From positions 17,174,001 through 17,238,000 of the forward strand of contig OZ024746.1 of assembly GCA_964016885.1 (NCBI GenBank): a stretch of 64,000 bases of DNA, read 5' to 3'. The notes beneath the pieces were generated by a model that was not told where the DNA came from, ran no database searches, and was given only the letters and a program-made list of their open reading frames with translations. Both the position numbers and the translations under genes were made by a program. This DNA comes from Eledone cirrhosa. Taxonomy: Eukaryota. Below, one piece after another: positions 25,677 through 64,000 of this stretch; the first letter of the stretch is position 1, and every line of letters starts with the position of its first letter.

Positions 25677-25898
25677 CCCTTTTGATATCAAACCACATGA
25701 AATGACCTCTGGTTTCATGATACAATGTTGTTTATTATTATCTAAAAACCATCCATCATAATTTAATGTAAGAACTTTTAATTATGTTCCAAACAAACTT
25801 AATGAGAAAGTTAGATATATTACTAAATCCCTCCAAATTCTTGATTATTTTCAAAATTATAAGCAGTGTTTTTCATTAGAAATATGGTAACAAAAGGG
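25677..25898. mobile_element. piggyBac-like MITE in the GART 3' UTR
   Basis: TTAA|CCCTTTTGATA...TAACAAAAGGG|TTAA; related pieces near 15860-16025, 51980-52185 and 59085-59284. Confidence 0.75.
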
Positions 25899-25943
25899 TT
25901 AAACATCATTGGCAGATTTTGTTTCAACATTTGTGAAAGAAGT

Positions 25944-61592
<35,649 letters not shown>

Positions 61593-61702
61593 CTGCAAAA
61601 AACAAAGTGATTTAGATGAAGTCTGAACCGCTAAATAAGCAGTAAGGATAATAATATAGTAGGAACAGAGTAGATTTCAAAACAGTAAATTACTGATCTT
61701 AA

Positions 61703-61909
61703 CCCTTTAGCATTTACATTACTCTATATATACTATTGTATTTTCACAGTAAACACTTTATCTCACATAATATCAAATCTGAGATTTTGATGTTATTTTT
61801 TTTTTTAGAACAATACTGTAACATCAGTATGACTGGTTAGTTACAGCCGGTTTGAACAGAAATAATGAAAGAAATATGGGAGGATACAGCCGGTTTAAAT
61901 GCTAAAGAG
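61703..61909. mobile_element. piggyBac-like MITE
   Basis: TTAA TSDs; CCCTTTAGCATTTA / TAAATGCTAAAGAG TIRs. Confidence 0.8.
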
Positions 61910-62214
61910 TTAATGCTTCAATATTTTGTAAATGAAGACCATCATGATGAAGCAAGCATTACATAAAAGTGATATTTATTTATAGCAAGTGCTGTTTCCA
62001 ATATCTTATAAATGGGCCTTGGTATCGCTGAGTAGTTAAGAAGTTAACTTCACAGTCATGTGGCCCTTGGTTCAATTGCACACTTGGAAAAGGTGAACAA
62101 TGTCTTCTGAGTAAAATTAGTAGAGTCAAACTGTGTAGAAATAAGTAATACAATAAATTCTCCATAGAAGAAGTTGATAGCTTCTGTTACCTAAATGCCT
62201 AATAGTTTCTGTTA

Positions 62215-62660
62215 CCACTCGCCGTGTTCCTTCTTCATCTCTGTGAAACTCAGCGATTTGAGGTCAGTTTTCACCCCCTTTGCACAAGTCTTTCTCAGTC
62301 AACCTCTACTGTGGCTTCCTTCCACTAGGATTTCCTGGCACTTCACCCAGCGACCATCATCCATATGAATCACATGTCCATACTAACACAGTCTTCTGAT
62401 TTCTCTTAAAACCAGTTTCTCCCCAAGTTCATCCAAGCTCTGCCTTTCTCCCAAATTCACATTGCACATCGAACAAGGCATCACTGCTTCATTTCTCTGC
62501 AGCCTACATATATCCTCTGCAGTCACTGCCCATGTTTCAGAACCATGTAGCATAGTACTTCACACTCAGGCAACATTAGAGCCGACCTTTGATTCAAAGG
62601 AAGAAAAATGTTAATGTCAACAGAGGTAGTAGCTCTCTAAACTTCTTCCATCCTATCAAT
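62215..62660 (-). mobile_element. Degraded RTE 3' fragment
   Basis: Remnants of [19 protein letters not shown]. Confidence 0.65.
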
Positions 62661-64000
62661 TTTCTGCAAGCGTCACCTACTTTCTGCAAGCACAAAATTC
62701 TCGGGAACTGGGCAACACCCTGCCATGATCAACACTGGTCTTCTCAGTCTGGACGAGCTCTAAGTGGTAGGTTCCTCAACTCCACAAGCCTCCATTTTTT
62801 GTCGTGCCACCTGAATGCTAGTCACTTCGCCCACTACACCGAGCTAAACGTGATCATTAAGTGGGCCCTAGCTCATAATTATCCCCTCAGTTCTGGAGCC
62901 GGCTGGATTATCGAGAATTGATGGGAAGAGACCATCTGGTCTTACCCTTTGTCCCATGACGCGGTAAATGTGAGGGTCACTGCTTCACCGAACAGAATAA
63001 AATCCTAAAATACCAGGAATTATCAAATTCTAATGAAATGTTTTTGCATTGTGTAATTACTAGAAACAAGTTGTAAGAACAGTATTAATTTTTCTTTAAA
63101 ATAAACATGGCTTCTAGCTCCAGCTTTCTGGAGTGAGCTTCTTCTGTCTACAGCGGAGAACCTACTGGAAGAAGTGTTTGAGGACTCTGTCCCTACGACC
63201 TTCTCAGGAAAGAGGAAGTAGAAAAGAAATGGGAAGAAAAAGAAGTAATCGGAGTACTTTCTGTGAAAGCTTATGTTAGCGTCTGACCTGCTAGAAACAG
63301 CAAGCAAATATCCATTCATTCCCTACTAACACAAAAAAAAAAATGAAGTTACAATTGGTAATGCCTTAGACAGAGTCTGAAATAAAAATATTTTATTTCA
63401 GCAGGACGAACTTTATTGTGTTCGAATACTGCTAAGTTAATTTTATAGCATTACTAGTTTTGTGCCCCGCCCTACGGTATTATTTGACCAGAACTTTCTT
63501 AATAATGAATATTTTAAAAATAAATTTTGCAAAGACAAATTGTTTTTTTTTAATGAAATATTATAGTTTATTACGACCACTTAGAAGATGGGAACATAAT
63601 ACCTTATGAATTATACTTTCATTCGTTAATACGCTAAAAGTAAACTCGAAAATATTTTCCTCACGCCTTTTAATTCCATGTGTAAATATTATAGATGTTA
63701 TAACGTCATTTTTACAACTATGAACTGCGAAAGGATTTTTTTAACTTTTCTTATTTCATCGACTTAATTGTTATCTACATCTTTAAAAACATATTTCTTT
63801 CAATCATTTTAAAATATGCATTAATAAAGAATAGTTTTGCTGTAGCGAAGCCAGATGAATAAATTCTGGCAATTTCGCACTAATTCGTTATACTATACCT
63901 TCTGTCTACAATAAAAAAAAAAATTGAACCCAATGTAAGACAAATATTACACTAACTAATTACATAGAATCAATCTAATTATTTATGACATTGTTTTGAA

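Noticed and set aside
62941-62957. ATG GGA CAA AGG|GTAAG on - as a candidate GART first exon
   Set aside because: Phase 0, incompatible with the phase-1 acceptor at 61592
63453-63480. Possible Helitron 3' end on - (CCGTAGGGCGGGGCACAAAACTAG|T)
   Set aside because: Weak hairpin and no matching 5' end in the window

Overview
Eukaryotic, AT-rich, intron- and repeat-dense genomic DNA. The SINE/RTE/(TA)n landscape looks like an octopus-type cephalopod genome, which is inference from repeat families only. I reconstructed two convergent protein-coding genes by hand, with consistent GT-AG splice phases. (1) On +, 4380-24873, is a 9-exon, 374-aa SH2 + tyrosine kinase of the Csk family. It has no visible SH3 domain, a degenerate Gly-rich loop (VNKGEHS), a non-RD catalytic loop (HCDLAARN), an intact Csk Src-docking motif ([12 protein letters not shown]) and a C-terminal GTYV. 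(2) On -, 61592-25944, are 20 coding exons of trifunctional GART (GARS-AIRS-GART, about 1004 aa); its first exon is unresolved. GART has an in-frame TAA inside the donor site after the GARS domain, and a duplicated acceptor at the GARS/AIRS junction. The introns hold a near-full-length dead RTE LINE with a PHD finger, other RTE and CR1 fragments, tRNA-SINEs, hAT/Buster, piggyBac-like and Helitron-like elements. They also hold a 225-bp TGT..ACA foldback element with a 4-bp TSD, two long hairpins, and a 3.3-kb 30-bp satellite. Most long ORFs in the supplied track are artefacts of simple repeats.
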